A stretch of DNA of 63,455 nt from the NCBI GenBank assembly GCA_044229075.1, contig JBGATS010000005.1, positions 1 through 63,455 on the forward strand. Direction: 5' to 3'. The notes beneath the pieces were generated by a model. The model ran no database searches. It saw only the letters and a program-made list of their open reading frames with translations, and had not been told where the DNA came from. Both the position numbers and the translations under genes were made by a program. Of the stretch, positions 51,449-61,036 are shown in pieces; position 1 is the first letter of the stretch; every line of letters starts with the position of its first letter. The DNA is from Minisyncoccia bacterium (GTDB lineage: Bacteria; Patescibacteriota; Minisyncoccia; Phycocordibacterales; UBA1006).

Positions 51449-51784
51449 CTATTTTTTTAGACTCTCTTGGGTGAGATGGGAAAGATTTGATTTCTTTTTC
51501 AGAATACCTTTTGAGGTGTGGTGTTCGTAGAGTAACTCGCGAACTTTTTGTTTTACGGTAGTATGGATAGAGATATCGCGCGTAATATGGCGATACCAAT
51601 ATACCAGATGCACTACAATAAACTTTAAAAAATTGCGAATCCACGAACGTAACGACATCGAAAAGTATTCTATCCAACGATCTGTATCAATGAGATAACG
51701 ATTACCTGTTGATCGTATTGGTGATCGATACAGGATGATTCCCATACCGAGCAACGCACATATCATTGCAAGTAAAAAATACAT
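51449..51784 (-). CDS. Small membrane hypothetical protein
   Basis: 111 aa with an N-terminal TM and a basic C-terminus; co-oriented after tsf. Confidence 0.65.
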   Translation of the reverse strand: MYFLLAMICALLGMGIILYRSPIRSTGNRYLIDTDRWIEYFSMSLRSWIRNFLKFIVVHLVYWYRHITRDISIHTTVKQKVRELLYEHHTSKGILKKKSNLSHLTQESLKK

Positions 51785-51836
51785 AGACCATCAGAGTATA
51801 GCATATTCCAGAAAAAAGAAAATACCCCGGCCATTG

Positions 51837-52424
51837 TTATACTGAAAATCGAGAGAATTTTCCAATTTCAATTTTTTCACCTGTTTTTTGGATCAATTGA
51901 TTGATCAGTTGTTCGATGGTTACGTCTGGGTTTTTTACAAACGGTTGATTGAGGAGTGTTTTCTCTGCAAAGAAATCATTGAGTTTTCCTTGGAGGATTT
52001 TTTCCTTGATTTCTGCAGGCTTATCAGTTTTTGCAATTTCCTCGTTAAAGAATGCCGTTGCTTTTTCAAGTGACGCCTCGTCAATATCTGTTGATCGAGT
52101 AAATTCTGGAGCCATTGCGGTAATATGCATCGCGAGGTCGTTTGCTGCATCTACGAATTCTGGGTTTTGTGCTACGAAATCTGTTTCACAAAAGAGTTCT
52201 ACGAGCGCCCCCATTTTTTTATTAGAGTGTACATATGATCCAACAATTCCTGCACCCAATGTTCGTTCTGATTTTTTTGAAGCTGCACTTGCAGAATTTT
52301 TTCGTAAAATCATACGAGCTTTTTCCATGTCGCCACCCGCTTCTTCTAATGCTTTTTTACATTGCATAACAGAAACGCCGGTTTCATCGCGTAACGCTTT
52401 TACATCATCAGTTGTGATAGTCAT
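51837..52424 (-). CDS. tsf: Elongation factor Ts (short form)
   Basis: VKALRDETGVSVMQCKKAL, ELFCETDFVA, LLNQPFVK. Start is the ATG at 52424. Confidence 0.96.
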   Translation of the reverse strand: MTITTDDVKALRDETGVSVMQCKKALEEAGGDMEKARMILRKNSASAASKKSERTLGAGIVGSYVHSNKKMGALVELFCETDFVAQNPEFVDAANDLAMHITAMAPEFTRSTDIDEASLEKATAFFNEEIAKTDKPAEIKEKILQGKLNDFFAEKTLLNQPFVKNPDVTIEQLINQLIQKTGEKIEIGKFSRFSV

Positions 52425-52464
52425 AAAGAGAGATAGATTATAATGAATAAAGAACAAGAAATAA

Positions 52465-53133
52465 TTATGCAGTTTTTAGAGCTGTTGCAAATTGTTTCAA
52501 GAAAAAGTCTACACTTTTTCGACTGTTGTCGTTTGCCATAACTGGGTAATCCAGTGTACTCACATCATTATCAGTATTGGCAATGGCAATAACAGGAACT
52601 CCCATCATACGTGATTCAGTAACTGCGTTCACTTCTTCTCGTGCATCAATAACGATTACCGCTGCAGGGATTCCCTTGAGCGAAGAGAGTCCACCGAATC
52701 GACGATTCAATTTTTCAATTTTTCGTTCAATGAGTAATTTTTCTTTTTTGGTACTGTAGGTCAGTGTTCCTTCTTCTGATTTTCCAGAGAGGTCATCCAA
52801 CGTAGTTACGCGACTTTTGATTTGTTTCCAGTTGGTCAATGTTCCACCGATCCATCGTTCATCGACATACGGCATATTCATTGATTCTGCAGTTATTTTT
52901 ACGAGATCTCGTAATTCTGGTTTTGTTCCAACAAAGATAACCTGTCGACCAGTTGCTGCGATTGATTTTAGTAATTCTTCAACTTTTGCAAGTTGCGCTT
53001 CTGTTTTTTCGAGATCAATAATATCAGTTCGATTTTTTGATCCATAAATATATTGTTTGGTAGTAGGGTGACGACGAGTACGACTGTATCCGTAGTGAGC
53101 ACCTACTTCAAACATGTCCTGAATTCTAGACAT
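52465..53133 (-). CDS. rpsB: 30S ribosomal protein S2
   Basis: GAHYG, IFVGTK, RWIGGTLTNW, ANTDND..PVMAND. Confidence 0.96.
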   Translation of the reverse strand: MSRIQDMFEVGAHYGYSRTRRHPTTKQYIYGSKNRTDIIDLEKTEAQLAKVEELLKSIAATGRQVIFVGTKPELRDLVKITAESMNMPYVDERWIGGTLTNWKQIKSRVTTLDDLSGKSEEGTLTYSTKKEKLLIERKIEKLNRRFGGLSSLKGIPAAVIVIDAREEVNAVTESRMMGVPVIAIANTDNDVSTLDYPVMANDNSRKSVDFFLKQFATALKTA

Positions 53134-53290
53134 AGTTAAAGATTAACACGAATGCACAAGAGGTGGGTTAGTAATAAAACCTCTCGTTTCAGCAGGTGAC
53201 GCCTGCAGGAACAGTTGCAATTTTCTTACAAGTTCGGAATTTTTATATCCATTCCGACGACTGTTCTGACACTGTGTGACCAGGAAAATA
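53134..53290 (-). promoter_or_regulatory. Possible structured rpsB 5' leader (S2 autoregulation)
   Basis: The minus strand upstream of rpsB has hairpins GCAGG-cgtca-CCTGC and ACGAGAGG...CCTCTTGT. Structured rpsB leaders are known in other bacteria; homology not verified. Confidence 0.3.
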
Positions 53291-53342
53291 TAGCATATTT
53301 TGATGAAAAGGCAAGGATTTTTTAGATAAATAGGGTAAGACA

Positions 53343-53370
53343 TTGACAATATGGCTGCATATGATATAAT
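53343..53370 (+). promoter_or_regulatory. Consensus sigma70 promoter of the second DGR-type target gene
   Basis: TTGACA-N16-TATAAT with extended TG. Confidence 0.75.
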
Positions 53371-53437
53371 AAAGTCAGTAGGAATTCTTGCTACTTTCAG
53401 CATTTGTTGAAAGACGTACCTTTTAAATAAATACAAA

Positions 53438-54157
53438 ATGGCTACTTACGAAAAAGTCGTTGGACTGTTAGGTGCAAACCTTGCGTCCTTTTTGGAGCTT
53501 GCGAAAAAGCTCTTGATTGATTGGGCAATCGAACCCAAAAAACTGTTGCATTTGTTTCAGAACATCCGCAAAGAAGACTTAATCGGTCTGGTTGACGGAA
53601 CACATGAAATAAAAGCAAAGACAGTTGAAGTTAAACCCGAAGCTGTACCAGGCGAAAAGTTCGACTTGTTGCTTGACCTTGGTGTTATCACTGTACCAGA
53701 TGATTTTGTTCACTCAACTCATTTGGCTACATTTAGTAAGAACAACCGTAAAAAGTTTTATTACTACCGTGACGACATTACTGACAAGAATTTCAACAAG
53801 GCAACCGTTCAATTAGTACCGGGTCGCAAGCTTCGCGTAAAAGCATTTAAGCAAACAGTTTCTGGCTACACCACCTCTGAAGAACGTATGGCGTTCCTTA
53901 AAACACAAAACAACATCTTCACAGGTGCAGTAGGCGCATCCTTAGTTTTCGAACAGAAACGTGACCTATTACCGAAAGGCAAACCGTACTCCTCCTTTGA
54001 TGAAAAGGAAGCTCTGTTGAAAGACTCTTGCGACATGCACGGCGTGCCGGTCGTGTACGCTCGCACTGATGGCGGCTTCTGGTTCGGCCTCGAAGGCTTC
54101 GAGTGTGACTGGTATGTCGACGGCTGTTTGCTTTGCTTCTGCGACGAAGAACTTTGA
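53438..54157 (+). CDS. DGR-type variable (target) protein whose VR does not match the local TR
   Basis: C-terminus HGVPVVYARTDGGFWFGLEGFECDWYVDGCLLCFCD resembles CPR DGR target C-termini as I recall them. 54031-54140 is 60% GC with only 12 A in 110 nt and is rich in NNC codons. A hairpin follows. Confidence 0.75.
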   Translation: MATYEKVVGLLGANLASFLELAKKLLIDWAIEPKKLLHLFQNIRKEDLIGLVDGTHEIKAKTVEVKPEAVPGEKFDLLLDLGVITVPDDFVHSTHLATFSKNNRKKFYYYRDDITDKNFNKATVQLVPGRKLRVKAFKQTVSGYTTSEERMAFLKTQNNIFTGAVGASLVFEQKRDLLPKGKPYSSFDEKEALLKDSCDMHGVPVVYARTDGGFWFGLEGFECDWYVDGCLLCFCDEEL

Positions 54158-54198
54158 CTCTTAAAAAATTGAATAAGGCTGTTAGACCCTTAGATTTT

Positions 54199-54232
54199 CG
54201 GCTTTGCTAAAGCAAAGCCGTTTTTTTTTTTT
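54199..54232 (+). terminator. GC hairpin plus T-tract after the second target gene
   Basis: CGGCTTTGCT-aa-AGCAAAGCCG followed by T12. Confidence 0.75.
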
Positions 54233-54269
54233 GCAAAAATCACTCATTTCCTGTACCATGTAATTATCT

Positions 54270-55508
54270 ATGAAACAGTCACAATTATTTACCAAAACAC
54301 GAAAGGAAGCCCCAGCAGACGAGGTTGCAAAAAACGCTCAACTCTTGATCAAGGCTGGGTTTATTTATAAAGAAATGGCTGGCGTATATACCATGTTACC
54401 ATTAAGTGTTCGTGTATTAAATAATATTGCTAACATTATACGTTCAGAAATGAACGCAGTTGGAGGTGTTGAAATGCAATCAACCGCATTACAAACAAAA
54501 GAAGTTTGGGATAAAACTCGTTGGAGTGATGAAATTGTAGATAATTGGTTTAAAACAACGTTGAAAAATGGAACAGAACTTGGACTTGCATTTACTCACG
54601 AGGAACCGCAAACCTCGATGATGAAAAATTTCATCCATTCATATAAAGATTTACCAGTATATCCGTATGATATTCGTAGTGTGTTCCGAAATGAAATGCG
54701 TGCGAAATCAGGAATAATCCGTGGGCGTGAGTTTTTTTGGAAAGCGCTCTATTCATTTTCTAAAGACAAGGCAGAGCATGACGCTTTTTATGAAAAAATA
54801 TCTCAAGCGTACAAAAATGTCTTTGAACAAGTAGGACTTGGTGAAAAAACTTATTTTACATTTGCGTCAGGTGGAACGTTTTCAAAATATTCGCACGAAT
54901 TTCAAACAATCTGTGATGCAGGCGAAGATATTATTTATGTGAGTCGCGAAAAAAATCTTGCTGTAAACAAAGAGGTTTATAATGATGAAGTTTTGGCAGA
55001 TCTTGGTTTACATAAAGCAGATCTGGTAGAGGAAAAAGCAGTAGAGGTTGGAAACATTTTTTCGCTCGGACATAAATTTTCAGAACCTTTGGAATTGGTA
55101 TATACTGATGCAGAAGGTAAGCCGCAAACAGTTTATATGGGTTCCTATGGAATTGGTATTTCACGATTGGTGGGTGTTATTGTAGAATTGTTATCTGACG
55201 AAAAAGGAATCATCTGGCCAGAATCAGTGGCGCCATTTGCAGTCCACTTGATACAGATTGGAAATGTGAGTGATCAGGCAGAAAACTTATATGCAGATTT
55301 AATAAGTAAAGGGATCGAGGTATTGCTCGACGATCGTGATGTATCAGTAGGTTCAAAATTTGCAGATGCAGATCTGATCGGAATTCCACATCGCGTGGTG
55401 ATTTCAGAAAAATCACTGGAAAAAGGTGGATTGGAATATAAAAAACGAAATGAATTAGAGGGTAAAATTATTACTGATAGTGATTTATTTGAAATTTTGA
55501 AGAAATAA
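54270..55508 (+). CDS. proS: Proline--tRNA ligase (short form without the editing insertion)
   Basis: MKQSQLF, FTHEE, FRNEMRAKSGIIRGREF, MGSYGIGISR and an anticodon-binding domain. Confidence 0.95.
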   Translation: MKQSQLFTKTRKEAPADEVAKNAQLLIKAGFIYKEMAGVYTMLPLSVRVLNNIANIIRSEMNAVGGVEMQSTALQTKEVWDKTRWSDEIVDNWFKTTLKNGTELGLAFTHEEPQTSMMKNFIHSYKDLPVYPYDIRSVFRNEMRAKSGIIRGREFFWKALYSFSKDKAEHDAFYEKISQAYKNVFEQVGLGEKTYFTFASGGTFSKYSHEFQTICDAGEDIIYVSREKNLAVNKEVYNDEVLADLGLHKADLVEEKAVEVGNIFSLGHKFSEPLELVYTDAEGKPQTVYMGSYGIGISRLVGVIVELLSDEKGIIWPESVAPFAVHLIQIGNVSDQAENLYADLISKGIEVLLDDRDVSVGSKFADADLIGIPHRVVISEKSLEKGGLEYKKRNELEGKIITDSDLFEILKK

Positions 55509-55556
55509 AAAAAAGCGAATGCAATGCAGACGCTTTTTGTTTTTATAACATTTGGT

Positions 55557-55886
55557 TTAGTTATAAATTTTATAATTATTTAAAATAGTCTGTTCGACTA
55601 AATTATTTTCTTTAATAAAATTTGTAACTTCTTCCAATGTTACTAATGCTTCGCAAAGGGCATAATGACCAATTGCTTTTTCTGTAGGTTCTGTCATCCA
55701 TAGTCTTACAAAAACTTTTTCTCCAGATTGCTTTTGTTGTACGCCTATGAAAGGTTTTTCACTTTTAATTATTTCAAATTTTTCCTTTACCAATTTAAGG
55801 TCTTTTCTGTAATCAATTTCATAAGCGTTTAATCTTTGTTCATAAAGCAAATAAAGCATTGTTTGAATTTTTTCTTGCTCAGTCAT
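55557..55886 (-). CDS. Hypothetical protein (AT-rich cassette)
   Basis: 109-aa ORF with its own minus-strand promoter TTGACA(55974-55969)-N17-TATATT. Confidence 0.65.
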   Translation of the reverse strand: MTEQEKIQTMLYLLYEQRLNAYEIDYRKDLKLVKEKFEIIKSEKPFIGVQQKQSGEKVFVRLWMTEPTEKAIGHYALCEALVTLEEVTNFIKENNLVEQTILNNYKIYN

Positions 55887-56018
55887 TTTTAATATTTTAT
55901 TAAGTTTTAATATTTTATTAAGTGTGAATTACACTCTTATAAAGTAATATATCATATTAAATATTTATTGTCAACAACTTCCGCAAAAGTCGCTTCCATG
56001 CTATAGTCCGTACATCTT

Positions 56019-57065
56019 ATGTTCAAAAACCTCTATAACAAATTTTCAAACGATATCGGAATCGATCTGGGAACAGCAAATACGCTGGTATATTTGCGCG
56101 GACAGGGAATTATCATTAACGAACCATCTATTGTGGCACTCAATACTAAAACAGGACGTATTGTTGCGGTCGGTATAGAGGCAAAGCAAATGCTCGGCCG
56201 TACGCCAACCCATATCAAAGCAATTCATCCAATCGTTGATGGAGTGATTTCAGATTTTGAAGTGACCGAGGAAATGTTGGCATACCTGATTGGAAAGGCT
56301 GAAAAACTCTCACCGAAAACATTCAAACCACGTGTGGTTATTGGGGTGCCTTCGGGAATTACGAATGTAGAACATCGTGCGGTATATGATGCTGCGATTT
56401 CTGCAGGAGCTCGTGAGGTATATATTATCGAGGAACCTATGGCAGGTGCGATTGGGATAGAACTTCCCGTACTCGACCCTGTTGGATGTATGGTGGTTGA
56501 TATTGGTGGAGGAACAACCGATATCGCAGTGATGTCGTTGGGTGGAATTGTACAGTCAAAATCGATCAAGCTTGCAGGTGATAAAATGAATCAGGATGTG
56601 ATTGATTATCTGAGAAATGCATATAAAATTTTGGTAGGAGAAAAAACTGCAGAAGATATAAAAATTGCTGTTGGTGCTGCACAGGCATCTGGTGAACGAC
56701 GATCGGTGACTGTTCGCGGGCGTGATCTGATCTCTGGTCTTCCTCGAGAAATTGTGGTTACGGATCATGATATTTTTCAAGCAATTCGCGCATCATTAGA
56801 TGTTATCGTTGACGGTGTACGCGAAGTTCTCGAAACGACTCCACCAGAAATTGTTGCTGATGTGATTAATCGTGGAATTTTTGTTACCGGAGGTGGAGCA
56901 TTAATTGTTGGAATAGACGAGGTTCTCTCGAAAAATTTCAAGGTTCCGGTACATATTCCGAATGAGCCACTCTCTGCGGTTGCTCGGGGATGTGGTGTTG
57001 TCCTGGAAGACTTGGAACACTATGGGCAAGTTCTCGTAAAAGAAGATTATGGCGTTACCTTTTAA
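56019..57065 (+). CDS. mreB: Rod shape-determining protein MreB
   Basis: IGIDLGTANT, EEPMAGAIG, VDIGGGTTD, GEKTAEDIK, TGGGAL. Confidence 0.97.
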   Translation: MFKNLYNKFSNDIGIDLGTANTLVYLRGQGIIINEPSIVALNTKTGRIVAVGIEAKQMLGRTPTHIKAIHPIVDGVISDFEVTEEMLAYLIGKAEKLSPKTFKPRVVIGVPSGITNVEHRAVYDAAISAGAREVYIIEEPMAGAIGIELPVLDPVGCMVVDIGGGTTDIAVMSLGGIVQSKSIKLAGDKMNQDVIDYLRNAYKILVGEKTAEDIKIAVGAAQASGERRSVTVRGRDLISGLPREIVVTDHDIFQAIRASLDVIVDGVREVLETTPPEIVADVINRGIFVTGGGALIVGIDEVLSKNFKVPVHIPNEPLSAVARGCGVVLEDLEHYGQVLVKEDYGVTF

Positions 57066-57822
57066 TCAATCTCGAACAAACAAAAACTCTGGAAAGAAAC
57101 TCTTTTTCAGAATTTTTTTTGTAGGCATATTTGTATTCATGGGGATTGTTTTTGGGAGAACAATCCTTCGCGGTATGTCGGCAGTACGACAATCTACCGA
57201 GGAAATACTCGCCTATACTACGAACTTGGCAACCCCAAAAAAAATATTAATTGCGCAGATAGAAACATTACGAGACCAAGAACAACAATTACAATCACAG
57301 GTTGCCCACCTGCAATTAATCGAGGATGAAAACACATCATTGCGCACCCTTTTGGACTATCCAAAATCTACCCATACCATGATCACTGCGCGAGTCATCG
57401 CAAGACCCTCACAAAACCTCTATGATCGTATTATGATTGATCGGGGGACTCGTGACGGAGTTGTTGTTGGAGATAGGATTATTGCCGGTGAAAATGGGGT
57501 TATTGCAATAGTAGATCAAGTAACAGAAACAACAGCGCAGGGAACATTGATCTCGGGAAGTTTTTGGAAAGGAGATGCAGTAATTGCACGATTGGGTATT
57601 ACGGTTCCTGTGGTTGGTAAAGGATCTGGGAATTTCGAACTACACGTGCCGCGGGATTTGGATGTGCGTGATGGTGATGTGATGACGCTACCAGGTTCAC
57701 CAGAATTTATTTTTGGAATGATCAAGTCGGTAACATTCGATGAACGCGATCCGTATCAGACAGTGCTTGCCCGAACGCCGGTAAATGTGCAGGAATTGAA
57801 GTTTGTGCGGGTGGTGAAATAG
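57049..57822 (+). CDS. mreC: Rod shape-determining protein MreC
   Basis: TM, coiled coil, ENTSLRTLL, IDRGTRDGV, GKGSG; overlaps the end of mreB. Confidence 0.9.
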   Translation: MALPFNQSRTNKNSGKKLFFRIFFVGIFVFMGIVFGRTILRGMSAVRQSTEEILAYTTNLATPKKILIAQIETLRDQEQQLQSQVAHLQLIEDENTSLRTLLDYPKSTHTMITARVIARPSQNLYDRIMIDRGTRDGVVVGDRIIAGENGVIAIVDQVTETTAQGTLISGSFWKGDAVIARLGITVPVVGKGSGNFELHVPRDLDVRDGDVMTLPGSPEFIFGMIKSVTFDERDPYQTVLARTPVNVQELKFVRVVK

Positions 57823-57891
57823 CTCAGCAGATGATTTTGTAAAATAAGAACCACCTGACAAAAGGGTGGTTTTGTGATATATATAAAAAAT

Positions 57892-59649
57892 ATGATAAAT
57901 CCAAATCCTGCAAAAATAGAAGATCTTCTGAGGTTGTCAGCAAAATATGAAGTTCCAAGGTATCAAAGACAATATACTTGGGGAAAATCAGAAGCTTTAG
58001 AATTTCTTGATGATTTAAAAAGTTTTGGAAATGAGAATTCCCAAGGAAGCTTGTTTTTAGGTACGGTTATTTTTGATGTTTCTGAGCTAAATAATTCTAT
58101 TATTAAAATAGTTGACGGACAACAAAGAATTACAACAATCTTAATTCTTTTAATTGCATGTAGAGAAGTTGCGAAAAGGATTAATTCTGTATCTTTTGCT
58201 CAGGAAATACAAAATAAAATTACGTTTATATCAAGAACTGGAGAATCTGTTGGTCCAAGATTAATAACATCTGAATCCATTAAAGATATTTTTAGTTATA
58301 TTTCTAAATCTGATTGGGGTGGAGTCTTTGTTGATAAGTTAAATAATAGAAGTATTAAAAGACAAGTTAATAAAATAAAACCAATTTATGATTTCTTTTT
58401 TAAAGAAATTCAAAATTTCAATCATAATGAACTAGAGAGGTTTATTAATGCTGTTTACGATTCTTATGTTGTAAGAATTGATATTGAAAATGAATTAGAA
58501 GCATTTAGTATTTTTGAAAGAACAAATGCGAGAGGGGTTGATCTTGAAGCTTCTGATTTACTTAAAAATTATCTATTCCAATCAGGTATTGAGGGATTGG
58601 ATGAAACATGGTCTCAAATAATTGAGAATTCAGGAGGAACAATCTTGAGAATGTTAAAGTATTTTTATGTTTCCAAAAAGGGTTATGTTAGTAAGTCGAA
58701 TTTGTATAAAGCTATAAAAAGTTATTCAACAGAAATAGGGCCATTAAATCTTGTTAATGAGATTGATGAATTTTCTAGATTCTATTCAATAATAAGATCT
58801 GGCGAGATAAGTCAACTCCAAGATTATTTAAAATTAATAGGCTATATTACACTACCTCAAGATCAAGAAAAGATTCAAAAATTATTTAGCAGTATTGAAG
58901 CTCTAAGATTGTTTAAAGTAACACAGGTATACCCTTTAATTTATTCTGCACTAAAGTCTTTCATCAAAAATGGTCATGATAATAATACAGATTCAAAGAA
59001 ATTAATTAATTTCTTTGAAAAATTAGAAAAATATCATTTCGTTAATAATGCAATATGTGAAAGGGTTGGAAATGAGGTTGAAAAGTTATATTCTGATTAT
59101 TGTAAATTTTTCTCAGAAACAAATAATTTTATTGGAACCTTAAATGAACTAACTGTAAGCCTGTCTGAAAAAATTGCATTAAAAGATGAGTTCGTTTCAA
59201 GATTTAGTGACATTTCATATTCTTCAGATTCAATAGCTTTAATATCTTATATATTTGATCGTTTGAATAATTACGGTGTTTTTCCAGCGTCTTGGATCAA
59301 AATATTTAATCCAAGTGAGAAAGTTACGAGAAGAGCTCATAATATTGAACATATTTTCCCGCAGAATCCAGTAGGTGGTATTAATTCAGATATTTCTGAC
59401 TATATTGATAATATTGGTAATTTGATTGTAATTAGCTTTAGAACCAATTCTAGTCTAGGAAACCTCTTACCTGAAGAGAAAGTTAAAAAGCTTGAAAATG
59501 AATTATTTCCACAAATTCAAAATCTAGATTATGTTAGAAAATTTATTGAAAAATATAAAGAATTTTCACCTAATTGGAATAAAGATATTATCTTAAAAAG
59601 ATCTGAAGATTTAGCAGTTGAGTCTTATGATAATGTTTGGAAGTTTTAG
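57892..59649 (+). CDS. DUF262 + DUF1524/HNH protein (GmrSD-family modification-dependent restriction enzyme)
   Basis: VPRYQRQYTW, IVDGQQRITT, FERTNARG (DUF262); IEHIFPQ and IGNL...NSSLGN (HNH). Markedly AT-rich. Start is probably the ATG at 57892. Confidence 0.85.
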   Translation: MINPNPAKIEDLLRLSAKYEVPRYQRQYTWGKSEALEFLDDLKSFGNENSQGSLFLGTVIFDVSELNNSIIKIVDGQQRITTILILLIACREVAKRINSVSFAQEIQNKITFISRTGESVGPRLITSESIKDIFSYISKSDWGGVFVDKLNNRSIKRQVNKIKPIYDFFFKEIQNFNHNELERFINAVYDSYVVRIDIENELEAFSIFERTNARGVDLEASDLLKNYLFQSGIEGLDETWSQIIENSGGTILRMLKYFYVSKKGYVSKSNLYKAIKSYSTEIGPLNLVNEIDEFSRFYSIIRSGEISQLQDYLKLIGYITLPQDQEKIQKLFSSIEALRLFKVTQVYPLIYSALKSFIKNGHDNNTDSKKLINFFEKLEKYHFVNNAICERVGNEVEKLYSDYCKFFSETNNFIGTLNELTVSLSEKIALKDEFVSRFSDISYSSDSIALISYIFDRLNNYGVFPASWIKIFNPSEKVTRRAHNIEHIFPQNPVGGINSDISDYIDNIGNLIVISFRTNSSLGNLLPEEKVKKLENELFPQIQNLDYVRKFIEKYKEFSPNWNKDIILKRSEDLAVESYDNVWKF

Positions 59650-59687
59650 TAAAATAAAAAACCATTTGAAATGGTTTTTTATTTTAC
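59649..59687. terminator. Perfect 18-bp inverted repeat terminator
   Basis: GTAAAATAAAAAACCATT-tga-AATGGTTTTTTATTTTAC. Confidence 0.75.
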
Positions 59688-59717
59688 AATTCTATATTCC
59701 TGAGTACTATATATTTT

Positions 59718-60962
59718 ATGTCACCATTCAATTTCAACATCCTCAAAAAACTCCCTGGAACACTCGCGCGCGTAGGGGAAATCCATACACCACACGGGGT
59801 GATACAGACGCCGTGTTTTGTGACTGTGGGGACAAAGGCGACCGTGAAGGCGCTCACTCCAGAAATGATTCACGGCCTGGGTGCACAGGTTGTTCTCGCC
59901 AACACGTATCATTTATACCTGCAACCTGGTGATGATATTGTTGCGTTGCATGGTGGGTTTCCACGTATGATGAATTGGACTGGTCCAACGATGACCGACA
60001 GTGGTGGATTCCAAGTATTTTCACTCGGCACTGCATTTGATCAAAAGGTAGGGAAACTCGCGAACACAGAACAGATTATTCGTGAACAGATTAACGAGGA
60101 AACCGGAGAGCGAAAGAATAAAACTTCCAACATGGTAACAATTGATGAAGAAGGAGTAACCTTTCGTTCTATCAAGGATGGATCATCGCATCGATTTACA
60201 CCAGAACGATCTATGGAGATTCAATGGAATCTGGGTGCTGATATGATTTTTGCATTTGACGAATGTACGTCACCACTTGCGCCCTATGATTATCAGGTCG
60301 AGGCAATGAATCGTACTCATCGATGGGCATTACGATGTCTGGATCGTCATAATCAACTTGATCATGAAAAACGTCAAGCTCTCTTTGCGGTGGTACAGGG
60401 TGGACGATTTGCCGATCTGCGTAAACAGTCTGCAGAAATTCTTGCAAACATGAAAAACGAACAAGGTGATGAATTCGACGGGTTCGGCATTGGCGGGTCA
60501 TTTGAAAAAGAAGACTTGGGATCTGCGGTAAAATGGGTGAATGAAATTTTACCCGAAGGCAAACCTCGTCACCTGCTGGGAATCGGGGAACCGATTGATT
60601 TGTTCCTGGGTGTAGAAAATGGATGCGATACGTTCGACTGTGTTTCCCCAACACGTATTGCGCGTCATGGACAATTCCATACGATCAATGGAAAAAGAAA
60701 TATCAAGAATGCACGATTCAAAACTGATATGGGGAAACTGGATGCATCGTGTATGTGTTATGCATGTAATCATTATACACCAAGTTATATTCACCACCTG
60801 ATCCGATCAGGGGAAATTCTGGGGGCGACGTTACTGTCGATTCATAACTTATTTTTTATCAACAAACTCGTGGCAGATATTCGCGAGTCGCTGGTGACAG
60901 AAAATTTCTTCTCGTTCAAGGAATCGTTTTTGGGGCAGTATTATGGTGCTAACTCAAAATAG
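59718..60962 (+). CDS. tgt: tRNA-guanine transglycosylase
   Basis: TPHGVIQTP, LANTYHL, TDSGGFQVFSL, VQGG, PRHLLGIG, FDCVSPTR, CMCYAC zinc site, HNL. Confidence 0.96.
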   Translation: MSPFNFNILKKLPGTLARVGEIHTPHGVIQTPCFVTVGTKATVKALTPEMIHGLGAQVVLANTYHLYLQPGDDIVALHGGFPRMMNWTGPTMTDSGGFQVFSLGTAFDQKVGKLANTEQIIREQINEETGERKNKTSNMVTIDEEGVTFRSIKDGSSHRFTPERSMEIQWNLGADMIFAFDECTSPLAPYDYQVEAMNRTHRWALRCLDRHNQLDHEKRQALFAVVQGGRFADLRKQSAEILANMKNEQGDEFDGFGIGGSFEKEDLGSAVKWVNEILPEGKPRHLLGIGEPIDLFLGVENGCDTFDCVSPTRIARHGQFHTINGKRNIKNARFKTDMGKLDASCMCYACNHYTPSYIHHLIRSGEILGATLLSIHNLFFINKLVADIRESLVTENFFSFKESFLGQYYGANSK

Positions 60963-60967
60963 AATAC

Positions 60968-60995
60968 TCGACAAATATTCATATTCTGCTATAAT
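60968..60995 (+). promoter_or_regulatory. sigma70 promoter of the DGR target gene
   Basis: TCGACA-N16-TATAAT with extended TG. Confidence 0.55.
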
Positions 60996-61036
60996 AGAAC
61001 AGAATATTCAAAAACAATTAAATTAAATAAGAAAAT

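Noticed and set aside
12729-59649. Integron cassette array explanation for the AT-rich ORFans
   Set aside because: The cassettes are dispersed rather than tandem, carry their own promoters, and no attC core sites or IntI gene are evident.
59718-60962. tgt as a DpdA-type DNA-modifying paralogue partnering the GmrSD gene
   Set aside because: It has canonical bacterial tRNA-TGT motifs and the zinc site, and no dpdB/C or preQ0 genes are nearby.
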